A stretch of DNA of 56,949 nt from a virus (lineage: Duplodnaviria > Caudoviricetes). The stretch's first letter is position 1; each line of letters starts with the position of its first letter. The stretch spans positions 1-56,949 of the IMG/VR virus record IMGVR_UViG_3300037440_000905, one strand, 5' to 3'. The notes under the pieces were generated by a model. It worked only from the letters and a program-made list of their open reading frames with translations, was not told the origin of the DNA and made no database searches. This document shows positions 19,390 to 28,245 of the stretch, piece by piece. The translations under genes and the position numbers were made by a program.

Positions 19390-20999
19390 AAATCACACCT
19401 GAACAATCCTCCATTATCACGTCCGATCTACCAAACCTTTCGGTCGTCGCGGCGCCTGGCAGTGGAAAAACTTTCGTGCTGGTGGCGCGGGTGCGTCATC
19501 TGATTCAGACAGGAACGCGACCTGCAAAGATTGTCGTTATCACCTTCACGCGGTCGGGGGCCAAGGAGTTCCGGGAACGACTTGGGTTGGACGCCGCCTT
19601 GGGCCACTGCGGGACGTTGCATTCGCTGGGCATGAAGATCTTGCAGGGAGCCGGTGGCATCCGCACGGTGATCGATGAGACACAAGCCAAGCGTCTCCTA
19701 GTCGAGTGCATGAAATCGTTGCGCATCAAACTGCCCATCACAAAGCTGTGGCGTTACGCCCGCAAGCAGGGTTTCGAGGATGAAGATTATACGAGCAATT
19801 ACGAACTGGTCCTCGACGAATATCGGAGGCTGAAAAACGCCCATCAAATGCTGACTTACGATGAAGTCATTTCCGAAGCCTGGTGCCATTTCAATATGGA
19901 GGACGAATATCCATTTGATCATGTGCTTGTCGATGAGGCCCAGGATTGTAATCAAAGCGATTGGGACATGATCGGAATGTTGGCTCCAATCAGCTTTGCC
20001 ATTGGAGATCCAGACCAGTCCCTGTTTGGTTTCCGTGGCGCCCAACCCAATCTGATGATGTTGGGGCGTCAAACAATGCAATTGACCGGGTGCTTCCGGT
20101 GCGCACGGGTGATTTGTGAGGCGGCCAACCGTCTGATCGAACGCAACGGCCACAAACGCAACCTGCGCGCCAGCATGAGTGCGGTGCGGGATGTGGATGG
20201 AGAACTTATAATCTGGCGTAACGTGCCCGACCCGAACGCAGAAGCGCTTGCCATCAAGGCAGCAATCGATCGCAATGCCAAATGCAAGTCCATCGCGGTT
20301 CTGGCCCGCACCAATGCGATCGTGAATGATACCACTGAACGGTTGCGGGCGGCGGGCGTGAAAGTTCTGGAGACGCGCCGGATCAAATCCGACGGGGACA
20401 TTGTCAGGCTCAAATTGTTCGCGTCCTTCTGCGCCGATCCCGAGAACGACATCCTTGCCCGCTGGTGGTTAACCGAAACGCTTGGTAAAGAGGAAGCCGA
20501 TAAAGTTTCCAAAGCTGCGGCGATAGCGATGGAAACCATCAACCAGCACACACTTCACATTCCGAAGTGGTTCTCGGTTGGACAATTTCTTGATCACTAC
20601 AAACTGCACGAGTTGAAGTTGCTCTTTGGAACCAACGGCACGTTGCTACTCCATCTGGCGATCCAACGAATCGGTGCTTATGCATCGATGGCGGATCTGG
20701 CCGCGGCCCTGGACGAACCCGAAGTGAGCACGGTCGAGGTGGGGGAAGGAATCGACTGCATGACCATTCACGCCGCGAAGGGCCGGGAATGGGACGTAGT
20801 GTTCATTGTGGGCATGGAAGATGGCACGTTGCCCTCCAAGCAGGCGAGCCTCGAGGAAGAGCGGCGCCTGCTCTACGTGGCCATCACCCGGGCGCGGGAC
20901 ACGGTGATCCTGAGCCGATGCGTTCAACGGGACGTGAACGCTTGGGACAAAGGCGAAGTGAAGGCGCCCAGCATGTTCTTGGATGAATTGGGGGTGTGA
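19386..20999 (+). CDS. UvrD/Rep-family SF1 helicase
   Basis: AAPGSGKT, ITFT, VLVDEAQD, GDPDQSLFGFRGA, TIHAAKGREW, EERRLLYVAITRARD. Confidence 0.93.
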   Translation: MKITPEQSSIITSDLPNLSVVAAPGSGKTFVLVARVRHLIQTGTRPAKIVVITFTRSGAKEFRERLGLDAALGHCGTLHSLGMKILQGAGGIRTVIDETQAKRLLVECMKSLRIKLPITKLWRYARKQGFEDEDYTSNYELVLDEYRRLKNAHQMLTYDEVISEAWCHFNMEDEYPFDHVLVDEAQDCNQSDWDMIGMLAPISFAIGDPDQSLFGFRGAQPNLMMLGRQTMQLTGCFRCARVICEAANRLIERNGHKRNLRASMSAVRDVDGELIIWRNVPDPNAEALAIKAAIDRNAKCKSIAVLARTNAIVNDTTERLRAAGVKVLETRRIKSDGDIVRLKLFASFCADPENDILARWWLTETLGKEEADKVSKAAAIAMETINQHTLHIPKWFSVGQFLDHYKLHELKLLFGTNGTLLLHLAIQRIGAYASMADLAAALDEPEVSTVEVGEGIDCMTIHAAKGREWDVVFIVGMEDGTLPSKQASLEEERRLLYVAITRARDTVILSRCVQRDVNAWDKGEVKAPSMFLDELGV

Positions 21000-21000
21000 T

Positions 21001-21456
21001 ATGGATGCCACCAATATGCACCTCAAGAACTACACTTCATCCGTTCCAGTAGAAAAGACGATTGCGCGTATCGAGTTCGCGCTGGCAAGAGCTGGCGCAA
21101 ACGGCATTTTGAAAGACTACGACAATGGACGTCTTTCCTCTCTTTCGTTTCGTGTCATGCTTCCGACAGGCAAACCTATCTCCATACGCCTACCTGCAAA
21201 CGCCGACGCCGTTTGGATGACGATGAAACGATCTGTAAAGCGCCCGCGCTCCGGAACCATGGAGGCACTCAAAGCACAGGCAGACCGAACAGCATGGAAA
21301 CTCATGCAGGACTGGGTTGAGGTGCAACTTTCCCTGATCTCCATGCAGCAGGTGGAATTCATGCAGGTCTTTCTTCCATACGTGTGGGACGGGGAGCAGA
21401 CATTTTACGATAAGCTCAAGGGCGGAAACTTTGCCGCACTACCGCAAGTTACGTAA
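21001..21456 (+). CDS. Conserved hypothetical phage protein
   Basis: NYTSSVPVEKTI...QADRTAWKLMQDWVEVQ...QVFLPY; ORF tightly coupled to the helicase. Confidence 0.6.
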   Translation: MDATNMHLKNYTSSVPVEKTIARIEFALARAGANGILKDYDNGRLSSLSFRVMLPTGKPISIRLPANADAVWMTMKRSVKRPRSGTMEALKAQADRTAWKLMQDWVEVQLSLISMQQVEFMQVFLPYVWDGEQTFYDKLKGGNFAALPQVT

Positions 21457-21483
21457 TAATCTGAATAAACTAAAAGGAATCGT

Positions 21484-22368
21484 ATGCAAAAGTTCAAACA
21501 ATGGATCGCAGAGAATAAAGGAAAGTTGATCGTCTATTGGATCGCGACGTTCGTTAATTGCGCAGCTTTCGGTTGGTTCGGAAATTGGGTAATGGCGATA
21601 GTTATGCAAGCAATTTTATCGATCTGGTTTTACTTGGATTGCGCTCTTAAGAAGTCCCTATCGATCGCGCTCGCATTCCTCATAGCGTGTCTGCCCTACC
21701 AAGCCAGAGCGCAGGAGGAAGGCGGTGATGGTGGAGGCGCTCCTGCAGTGGTCGTGATCGTTGTAACATGCGTTGCAGGAGTATGCATTTACAAGCTTGC
21801 AAGGTTTTGCCAGAAACATTTTCCAAACACCCAGTCTACCACCAACTCTCCGCCTGATGAATTGACTGGCAGCGTTGACGGATCTGAGGTGGCCTCCTGG
21901 AATATTGGGAACCTGGGTTCATGCGCTGGATTAGACGATCATCCGTCAGTGACGTTTGCCATTAATGGAATCGTTTATCCAGCGAACGTAAAGCGTGGCC
22001 CTAGGATCGTCAGCACGGTCACAGTTGGATCCGGCAAGGAGAATTATCTGACATGGTCAGAGTTCGTTGCTGAAGCCAAATCCTATGGAGTCGTGGTGAG
22101 TGGCGTGGGTGATGGATCTCAGTATTTCGCCAGGGATGGGAAGCACATTGATTCGAGTGAATCGATCATCCATTTCGACCAGAACACCATGACAGTGGGC
22201 GTTTACTCACCAGGCTCAAAAACCCACATGGTTGAGGTGTCGCGCTCCACCGATCTGGTGAACTGGGAACGGTTCATGTTGATGGAGGTGGAAGAGAATC
22301 GGAACTTTCAGGTGGTCGACACAACGGCTACTGGCCAGATGTTCTACGGGATGAGAATCGTAGAGTGA
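21484..22368 (+). CDS. Multi-pass membrane protein with C-terminal STDLxxW...FY module
   Basis: Three to four hydrophobic segments in the first ~105 aa; C-terminal VEVSRSTDLVNWERF...QMFYGMR. Confidence 0.6.
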   Translation: MQKFKQWIAENKGKLIVYWIATFVNCAAFGWFGNWVMAIVMQAILSIWFYLDCALKKSLSIALAFLIACLPYQARAQEEGGDGGGAPAVVVIVVTCVAGVCIYKLARFCQKHFPNTQSTTNSPPDELTGSVDGSEVASWNIGNLGSCAGLDDHPSVTFAINGIVYPANVKRGPRIVSTVTVGSGKENYLTWSEFVAEAKSYGVVVSGVGDGSQYFARDGKHIDSSESIIHFDQNTMTVGVYSPGSKTHMVEVSRSTDLVNWERFMLMEVEENRNFQVVDTTATGQMFYGMRIVE

Positions 22369-22473
22369 AAACAAAACTGATCGGAAAAACCTTGGCAAAT
22401 CAAATTGAGGATGCATGATCTGGACCGTGGCTTCGAAAAAGCCGAGAGCAGAACTGCAAAGAACTTAGACTTT

Positions 22474-22560
22474 GCAGCGTTCAGCGGGTGGCCGGTTCGC
22501 CGGCAACGGGTGGCTCAGTTCTCCCCGAATTTTTCGCACCGGCTGGACGCTGCTTTTTTG
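22474..22560 (+). ncRNA. Structured leader / c4- or CI-like antisense RNA upstream of the replication initiator
   Basis: 17-bp closing stem gcagcgttcagcgggtg/caccggctggacgctgc followed by a T run; inner gccggTTCGccggc hairpin; exposed cagttct and tttttcg are complementary to upstream agaactg (22450-22456) and cgaaaaa (22434-22440). Confidence 0.55.
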
Positions 22561-22569
22561 TTCAAGCTT

Positions 22570-23250
22570 ATGAGCGATTCAAACGAAGAAAACCCACGTG
22601 TATTCAAGGGCATTTGGTTGCCGTATGAGATTGTAGAAGCGGACCTTACCTGGATGGAAAAGGCATTGTGGGGCATCGTCAGCTCTTTGGGACGCCACGA
22701 CCGGCCCTGTCACGCCTCGAACGCCTACCTTGCGGAGCACATGCAAACGACGGCAAACACCGTGGCAGGAATGCTTTCTAAACTGCGGAATTTGGGTTTC
22801 ATCGTGAACGGTTCGTTCGATGGCAGAACGCGCGAGATGCTGGCCGTGATTCCTGAAGTCCAGACAAGGCAGACTTTAGCACCTGCTAAAGGCAGCATTG
22901 AACCAGAGCTAAAGGCAGAATCGTCCTCTATTATACGTGATAGAAAAGTTGATAGAAAGGGTACGTGCGCGCGATTCGAGCCTCCATCTTTGGAGAACGT
23001 CCAAACCGAAGCAGCTCGGATCGGTTTGCCCGCAATCGAAGCTGAAAAATTCTTCAATTACTACGGATCCAACGGGTGGCGGGTTGGACGCAACCCAATG
23101 CGTTCCTGGCCAAGAGCAATGGCCAACTGGAAACTGAACGTTCGAAACTATGGCAACGACAATGGCAAAACCAATCCGCGACCTAATTCCTTCGGTCCTG
23201 ACCGAGATAAAAACACCTACGCCGCGCGTCGAGTTGAAAACAAGCCGTAA
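22570..23250 (+). CDS. Phage replication initiator (N-terminal winged HTH)
   Basis: FKGIWLP...CHASNAYLAEHM...LSKLRNLGFI HTH; C-terminal FFNYYGSNGWRVGRNPMRSW domain; followed by a DnaC-like loader. Confidence 0.8.
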   Translation: MSDSNEENPRVFKGIWLPYEIVEADLTWMEKALWGIVSSLGRHDRPCHASNAYLAEHMQTTANTVAGMLSKLRNLGFIVNGSFDGRTREMLAVIPEVQTRQTLAPAKGSIEPELKAESSSIIRDRKVDRKGTCARFEPPSLENVQTEAARIGLPAIEAEKFFNYYGSNGWRVGRNPMRSWPRAMANWKLNVRNYGNDNGKTNPRPNSFGPDRDKNTYAARRVENKP

Positions 23251-23809
23251 ATGGCGGCAGAAATGGTTCAAGCTAGATGAGAGCAACGCGGACGTTCGAC
23301 GTATGGCCCAACGCGCTGAGTTATTCGCCAAGCGTTTTTTCCTCAATGATCGAACTGGACCAATGCTTCTGGTGATGTGCGGGGACAATGGTTGTGGAAA
23401 GACTCACACGGCCAAAGGCATCTTCGGTTATTGCCAGGCCGTGGGGGGTATGGCGTGGGAGAGTGGACACTGGAAAGGGCATCGTATTCCCGCTTCGGTA
23501 TTCCAGGATTGGTCGACGCTGGCGGACACCAACGATTACACGGGTCGCTGGCTGGACCTCATCGATGCGCAATTGACCGTCATCGACGATGTGGGGGCTG
23601 AAGTCGATAAATTCCGTAGCGCAGTTCCCAAGGAGAATTTGCGTCGAATGCTCGGAGAACGGGAAGGCAGGTTTACCGTCGTCACGACCAATACTCCACC
23701 CGATCAGTGGAGGGAGCAATGGGATGCGAGAGTAGAGGACAGGCTCCACCGAAAAAGCGAGATTATTGAACTAGCCAACACGCCGAGCTTTTACAGGGAC
23801 AAAAAATGA
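23150..23809 (+). CDS. DnaC/IstB-like AAA+ helicase loader
   Basis: Walker A GDNGCGKTH, Walker B TVIDDVG, TVVTTN, RVEDRL; overlaps the initiator gene. Confidence 0.85.
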   Translation: MATTMAKPIRDLIPSVLTEIKTPTPRVELKTSRKWRQKWFKLDESNADVRRMAQRAELFAKRFFLNDRTGPMLLVMCGDNGCGKTHTAKGIFGYCQAVGGMAWESGHWKGHRIPASVFQDWSTLADTNDYTGRWLDLIDAQLTVIDDVGAEVDKFRSAVPKENLRRMLGEREGRFTVVTTNTPPDQWREQWDARVEDRLHRKSEIIELANTPSFYRDKK

Positions 23810-24006
23810 AAGTCAGACTTCTGCAAGACATCAACGACACGGGGACTGAGAAGTCCCACAAGTTTTTAGACATCAACACCAAGGATCCGGTATGGATTCC
23901 GCGTTCGTTGGTGTATCACATCTCCCGGGACAAGCCCGACACCCAGGGTCTGCGCGTGTGTGTCGCCGAAGTGGAGGACTGGTTTGCGGAAAGAGAAGAA
24001 CTGTAA
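23806..24006 (+). CDS. Small hypothetical protein
   Basis: VWIPRS...VEDWFAEREEL motif; ATGA coupling. Confidence 0.55.
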   Translation: MKVRLLQDINDTGTEKSHKFLDINTKDPVWIPRSLVYHISRDKPDTQGLRVCVAEVEDWFAEREEL

Positions 24007-24028
24007 TCGAAAAACTACGCGAAAAACT

Positions 24029-24409
24029 ATGGAACTAAGAGAAATCAGAGAACTGTTGAAAAGCGGGAGGCCTATCCAGGTCCGGGTTCAAGACGAATTC
24101 CAGAACTGGGTCACCCTGCTGGAGGATTACCACACCAATTTCTACCTGAATGCAGACATGTATCGAGTTGAGCCAGAAACAAAAACCATCCCCTTCGATC
24201 AGGGATCGTGGAAGGAGTTGGGGCCGGTGGTGTGGATCAGAAGTAGAAGAGGCAGCGAGTTAAAACCGGTGTTTCAAGTTGGGATAATTTACGAAGACTC
24301 AATCTATACCGACAATGGGAATAGAACCTGGATCCAACTCCAAGAAGAGTTCGAATACTCCACCGACCTAAAAACCTGGCACCCGTGCCATCGCACCATC
24401 GAATCCTAG
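24029..24409 (+). CDS. Hypothetical protein
   Basis: YRVEPE motif and C-terminal EYSTDLKTWHPC. Confidence 0.55.
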   Translation: MELREIRELLKSGRPIQVRVQDEFQNWVTLLEDYHTNFYLNADMYRVEPETKTIPFDQGSWKELGPVVWIRSRRGSELKPVFQVGIIYEDSIYTDNGNRTWIQLQEEFEYSTDLKTWHPCHRTIES

Positions 24410-24416
24410 AGACGAA

Positions 24417-24463
24417 AAATAAATGTTGCAATCCACGCGGCTAACGCAATACTTCTTTTGCAT
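24417..24463 (+). promoter_or_regulatory. Putative promoter, second copy of the 16202 motif
   Basis: aaataaatgTTGCA...aatacttcttttgcat. Confidence 0.6.
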
Positions 24464-24491
24464 AACAAAACCTCAACTATAACCAAATCAA

Positions 24492-24806
24492 ATGCCAAAA
24501 AAGAAACATCCCAACGCGCAGGTAGCTGAGATCCGTCAGACCTTCCTGGAAAAGCACGCTCCCGAACTATGGGAGAAGCACGAAGAGAAATTCATGCAGA
24601 TCTTGGAGGAGTCGGAGAACCGGAAGGTTGGAGTGAGTTTCAACCTCACGATGGATTTCAGTGAATCCACGGCGCAGCTCCAAACGCGGATCCGTTACAG
24701 CCAGGTGATGACGGACGAACGCACGTCGGATTTCGACGATCCAAACCAGTTGAAGTTTCCCGAAGCAGACGAGTTGGAAGAACCCAAGCCAAAGCGCAAA
24801 AAATAG
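24492..24806 (+). CDS. Hypothetical protein
   Basis: 104-aa ORF downstream of the promoter, A-rich start context. Confidence 0.55.
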   Translation: MPKKKHPNAQVAEIRQTFLEKHAPELWEKHEEKFMQILEESENRKVGVSFNLTMDFSESTAQLQTRIRYSQVMTDERTSDFDDPNQLKFPEADELEEPKPKRKK

Positions 24807-24830
24807 CGAGTGTTCGACTGAAAAACCACC

Positions 24831-25301
24831 ATGAAACTGAGCGTCAATAAACTTCTCCTTGGCGGAAATCTGACCCGCGATCCGGAGTTGCGTTACACGT
24901 CCGACGGCACGGCGATCTGCACGGGTTGCCTGGCAGTCAACAAAACCTGGAAGGGTAAGGATGGTCAGAAGAGGGAGAAGTGTTCTTTCATCGACTTCAC
25001 TCTCTTTGGTCGAAGCGGCGAAGTGGTGGCCCAATATTTTGGGAAAGGCGATCCCATCCTGTTGGACGGTGAGATCCAAATGGATGAATGGGATGACAAG
25101 CAGAGCGGGGAACGCAAAACCAAGCTCAAGATGTTGGCTGCAGGGTTCAGTTTTTGTGGTGAGACTTCCAAGGCCGGCGAACAACGCCAAGCCAGTGTGC
25201 AACGCAACGAGTCCCCTGGGGTGCCCGCGCGTTCAGCGGCTAAAACTCCGCCGCCGTCCGCACAACCCGTGGTCGACGATGACGATGACGTAGCGTTCTG
25301 A
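24831..25301 (+). CDS. ssb: Single-stranded DNA-binding protein
   Basis: VNKLLLGGNLTRDPELRYT...W.DKQSGERKTK OB-fold; acidic tail DDDDDVAF. Confidence 0.95.
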   Translation: MKLSVNKLLLGGNLTRDPELRYTSDGTAICTGCLAVNKTWKGKDGQKREKCSFIDFTLFGRSGEVVAQYFGKGDPILLDGEIQMDEWDDKQSGERKTKLKMLAAGFSFCGETSKAGEQRQASVQRNESPGVPARSAAKTPPPSAQPVVDDDDDVAF

Positions 25302-25624
25302 TGCGCATTCCAGAGTCATTCATCAGCAGCCTTCCAAACGGCGTTCGTCCGATACCAAATGAGCCGTTGCGGTTCTATGTTCAATCGCGTGGGAGATCGG
25401 AAGTGGAGCATCTTGTGGACCTGGAAGAGTATGGGTTCAACGGGAAATGTTCATGTGAATATTACACATTCAAAATCGAACCCAAGTTGCGACAGGTGCG
25501 GCTGGACGAAAGAACAACGATGAGACTCAGGTGCTGGCACATTCGCCGGGCGATGTATTACCTGGCTGAACTCACGATGCGGGCGGCGGCAAATCGAGAT
25601 CCTAGAACCAGAAAGCAAATATGA
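25301..25624 (+). CDS. SWIM-type zinc-finger protein
   Basis: CSC...CWH spacing. Confidence 0.6.
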   Translation: MRIPESFISSLPNGVRPIPNEPLRFYVQSRGRSEVEHLVDLEEYGFNGKCSCEYYTFKIEPKLRQVRLDERTTMRLRCWHIRRAMYYLAELTMRAAANRDPRTRKQI

Positions 25625-25734
25625 ATTTCGACTCCAAGGGCGCGCGTTCATGGGATGCGAAAAAAGACTCTTGTAAACTCATCCCAATGCCGAACCTGTC
25701 GTGCGGCCGCCGTCTTTGGAGTCGTTTTTGAATT

Positions 25735-25980
25735 ATGGAAAAAGATACATGGATAGACTGGGTGTTTTTTGGGGCTTGTTTTGCAGTCGTATACACCATC
25801 ACCTCGCGTTTATTGGCGTGGGATGTGGCGGCTCAAACGCCAACGCCAAAAGTTGAGTGGATGCCCAGGGCGGTGAATATCAATCACCTGATTGGAACCA
25901 ATAGAGTCGAGCGAATTCCAGAATGGATCCAGATTGGGCTTCGCGAGGATGGAGTTTTAATGTGGCGTGTGAAACCATGA
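25735..25980 (+). CDS. Small membrane protein
   Basis: N-terminal hydrophobic helix; IGLREDGVLMWR tail. Confidence 0.5.
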   Translation: MEKDTWIDWVFFGACFAVVYTITSRLLAWDVAAQTPTPKVEWMPRAVNINHLIGTNRVERIPEWIQIGLREDGVLMWRVKP

Positions 25981-26402
25981 AACCTAAAGCCCCCTGGACC
26001 ACGATGCCGATGTATCGGCGGCGAGAGAAGAAGAAACCCAATCGCCAAGGGTTGCGCCCGATCTCCGAGCGCCGGCGGGCGGTGAACCAGATTTACCTGA
26101 AGATGAGAAAGGAGTTTTTGCGTATAAACCAGCTTTGTGAAGTTTACGATAGCTGTGCTACTGAAGTTTACGATAGCCGTGCTACTGACGTTCACCACAC
26201 TCGGGGCCGGGCAGGAACGCTTTTGATCGATCAACGGTTCTGGATGGCGGTCAGTCGCAAGGGACATCGATGGATCGATAATAACAAAGAGATCTCGCGA
26301 CAAGTCGGGTGGCTTTGCGAGAAGGGCCTGTGGAACGTGGCGCCCAAGGATGCCGAGACGGCGCGATTGAGACGGTTGATTGCGGAGGCGAAGAAACCAT
26401 GA
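25977..26402 (+). CDS. HNH-like nuclease-family protein
   Basis: CE...ATDVHHTRGRAG...WMAVSRKGHRWID, a degenerate HNH pattern. Confidence 0.6.
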   Translation: MKPKAPWTTMPMYRRREKKKPNRQGLRPISERRRAVNQIYLKMRKEFLRINQLCEVYDSCATEVYDSRATDVHHTRGRAGTLLIDQRFWMAVSRKGHRWIDNNKEISRQVGWLCEKGLWNVAPKDAETARLRRLIAEAKKP

Positions 26403-26710
26403 AAAATAACAAAACTGTAGAGACCGGCACGAAGGTGACAATGAACATCGTATTGTACAACGATGTTAACAACAAATTGCCTGACCCCATCAGTTACGAT
26501 GAGACATGGGAGAAGCTGGCGATTTACTGTCCAAACTGTGGCAAGAACGAGGTTTGGCGCGATACAGCCAGTGGCGATTATTACGTGGAAGAACTGCATC
26601 TCTGTAGCGCCTGCGATCACGGCTTCTACCTGCCGGGTGGAGTGAGACTCGAACTGGACAATCGGCGATCCAAGCTACGGTTGGCAGTACTCAAGGCGAA
26701 GAAACCATGA
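26399..26710 (+). CDS. Zinc-ribbon protein
   Basis: CPNC...CSAC; flanked by 18-bp direct repeats. Confidence 0.6.
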   Translation: MKNNKTVETGTKVTMNIVLYNDVNNKLPDPISYDETWEKLAIYCPNCGKNEVWRDTASGDYYVEELHLCSACDHGFYLPGGVRLELDNRRSKLRLAVLKAKKP

Positions 26711-26877
26711 AGATGCCACGAAAAGTATTCGGCCGGATCAAGCGCAAGATCGACGGGGCTGATTACGTTATTGAACTGCGGACTGATGGGTTGCGGGTAC
26801 GGCGCAAGTGGGCGCGCGCCGGGACGATCGTGGACTTGGAACGGTTGATCCGGCTGGTGGAAGGGAGGTTGTTTTGA
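26707..26877 (+). CDS. Small hypothetical protein (56 aa, below the ORF-track cutoff)
   Basis: MKMPRKVFGRIKRKIDGADYVIELRTDGLRVRRK...; ATGA coupling. Confidence 0.5.
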   Translation: MKMPRKVFGRIKRKIDGADYVIELRTDGLRVRRKWARAGTIVDLERLIRLVEGRLF

Positions 26878-27124
26878 GTTTTACTGACCAAAAACCATTC
26901 ATCGTTACGGCGGCGCAATTCGTCAGTGAATACGCGGACGCAAACCTCTGCGTCGCGGACGCGCCGACTGGAAAGTGTAACGGGTGCGAACACTACCGGC
27001 TAGCCAGCCGCTATTCCTGCGAAGATGTCGAGGACTGGTGCTGGCTCAAAGAAGGGAAATATGCGGACGGGCGCGAGAATGAATGTCCTGCATGGGAGTC
27101 TTACATCCACTGATTATCGTGAAA

Positions 27125-27625
27125 ATGAAACGATCCAAACTGACCGACGGGCGCGCCTTCCAGGATGATCTGGTGCGGACGTGCAAGGAGTATCAAGCCA
27201 TGGGTGTCCTGCGCATGCGCAAGGTCGATCCTCCCATGCGCGTTATGGGCGGGGGCGCGGCGCGGCGGGTGATCTTCACCGAAAATCCGTTCCCGGACTT
27301 CATTGGGGCGTGGACGGAGCGAGGCGGGCGGATGGTGGCGTTCGAAGCCAAGTCGACCAAGGAACCAAGGCTTGAGGTGGGCGGCGCCGGGGGGTTGAAC
27401 GAGACGCAACTAAGGAACCTTCGCCACTGGCAACAGGCCGGCGCCGTGACGTTCGTTCTATGGGAATGGCGCGGGCATGGGGTGATTCTATTGGGAACTC
27501 AGGGGTTGTTGGGGTTGAGTCAGAAGCACATTAAGTGGGGTTTCCCTTTACGCCATGCTGTTCCACCGGGGACGGGTTTCATCCTTCATGATTTCCTGGC
27601 ACTTATGCGATATCTCTGGCCATGA
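27125..27625 (+). CDS. RecU-like Holliday junction resolvase (PD-(D/E)XK)
   Basis: GRAFQ...KVDPP...PDFIG...VAFEAKST...Q...L. Confidence 0.8.
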   Translation: MKRSKLTDGRAFQDDLVRTCKEYQAMGVLRMRKVDPPMRVMGGGAARRVIFTENPFPDFIGAWTERGGRMVAFEAKSTKEPRLEVGGAGGLNETQLRNLRHWQQAGAVTFVLWEWRGHGVILLGTQGLLGLSQKHIKWGFPLRHAVPPGTGFILHDFLALMRYLWP

Positions 27626-27890
27626 CTCCCAAGCACTGGCGCTGGGTGCGCATCACTCCCAATGGCCGGCGATTCAAGTTGGTTTATTTCTACACCCATG
27701 GCCAGATTTCGGAAGGAGACGCCAAGGTGTTTGGGTTCTCGGGTGCCAAGTCGTTTGTTGGCCTCACCAAAGCCCAAGCTCTCTTTATTGGGGAGGCGAT
27801 CGAGAAGAAGCTTTTGGAGAACGAACCGGCTCGTAAGAAGCGCGAAACAAATGTTTTGCAAAATAACGAGGCAAAATTTACATTGCAGGC

Positions 27891-28184
27891 ATGACAATCA
27901 GAGATCCGATGAGCCATTTATGCCGGGTGAGAAAATACATGAGTGCGGCGGAGATCGCGCGCCAGGTGGCGGTGATGACGGGCAGCCCGGTGCATCGGGT
28001 GCAGGTGAGCCAGTGGTTACACACCAAGAAGGAGAAGCGCAGTGAGCCGCGCCTGAAGGTGGCGCTGGCTTTGATGATTCTTTTGGCGGAGAGAGAGGGG
28101 TTTTTTGTGATTGATGAAAAGGGGATCCATGAAAGCACCTTGCGTCCGGCAACCAGTCTCGGAGGGATAATTAAGAAGGCATGA
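27891..28184 (+). CDS. Cro/XRE-like HTH DNA-binding protein
   Basis: AAEIARQVAVMTGSPVHRVQVSQWL...EPRL pattern. Confidence 0.5.
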   Translation: MTIRDPMSHLCRVRKYMSAAEIARQVAVMTGSPVHRVQVSQWLHTKKEKRSEPRLKVALALMILLAEREGFFVIDEKGIHESTLRPATSLGGIIKKA

Positions 28185-28189
28185 AACGA

Positions 28190-28226
28190 AAAAGCTCCCG
28201 GACCAATGATGGCCGCGGGAGCTTTT
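28190..28226. terminator. Bidirectional intrinsic terminator
   Basis: aaaagctccc...gggagctttt hairpin between convergent operons. Confidence 0.75.
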
Positions 28227-28245
28227 GGGAGCAGGCAAAGAGAAT

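Noticed and set aside
17062-20999. Gabija-like defence system (ATPase plus UvrD)
   Set aside because: The ATPase has long coiled coils and a zinc hook and lacks a TOPRIM nuclease domain; the context is phage recombination.
22405-22569. 55-aa N-terminal extension of the replication initiator
   Set aside because: It starts at TTG and runs through the structured RNA leader; the conserved-looking protein begins at ATG 22570.
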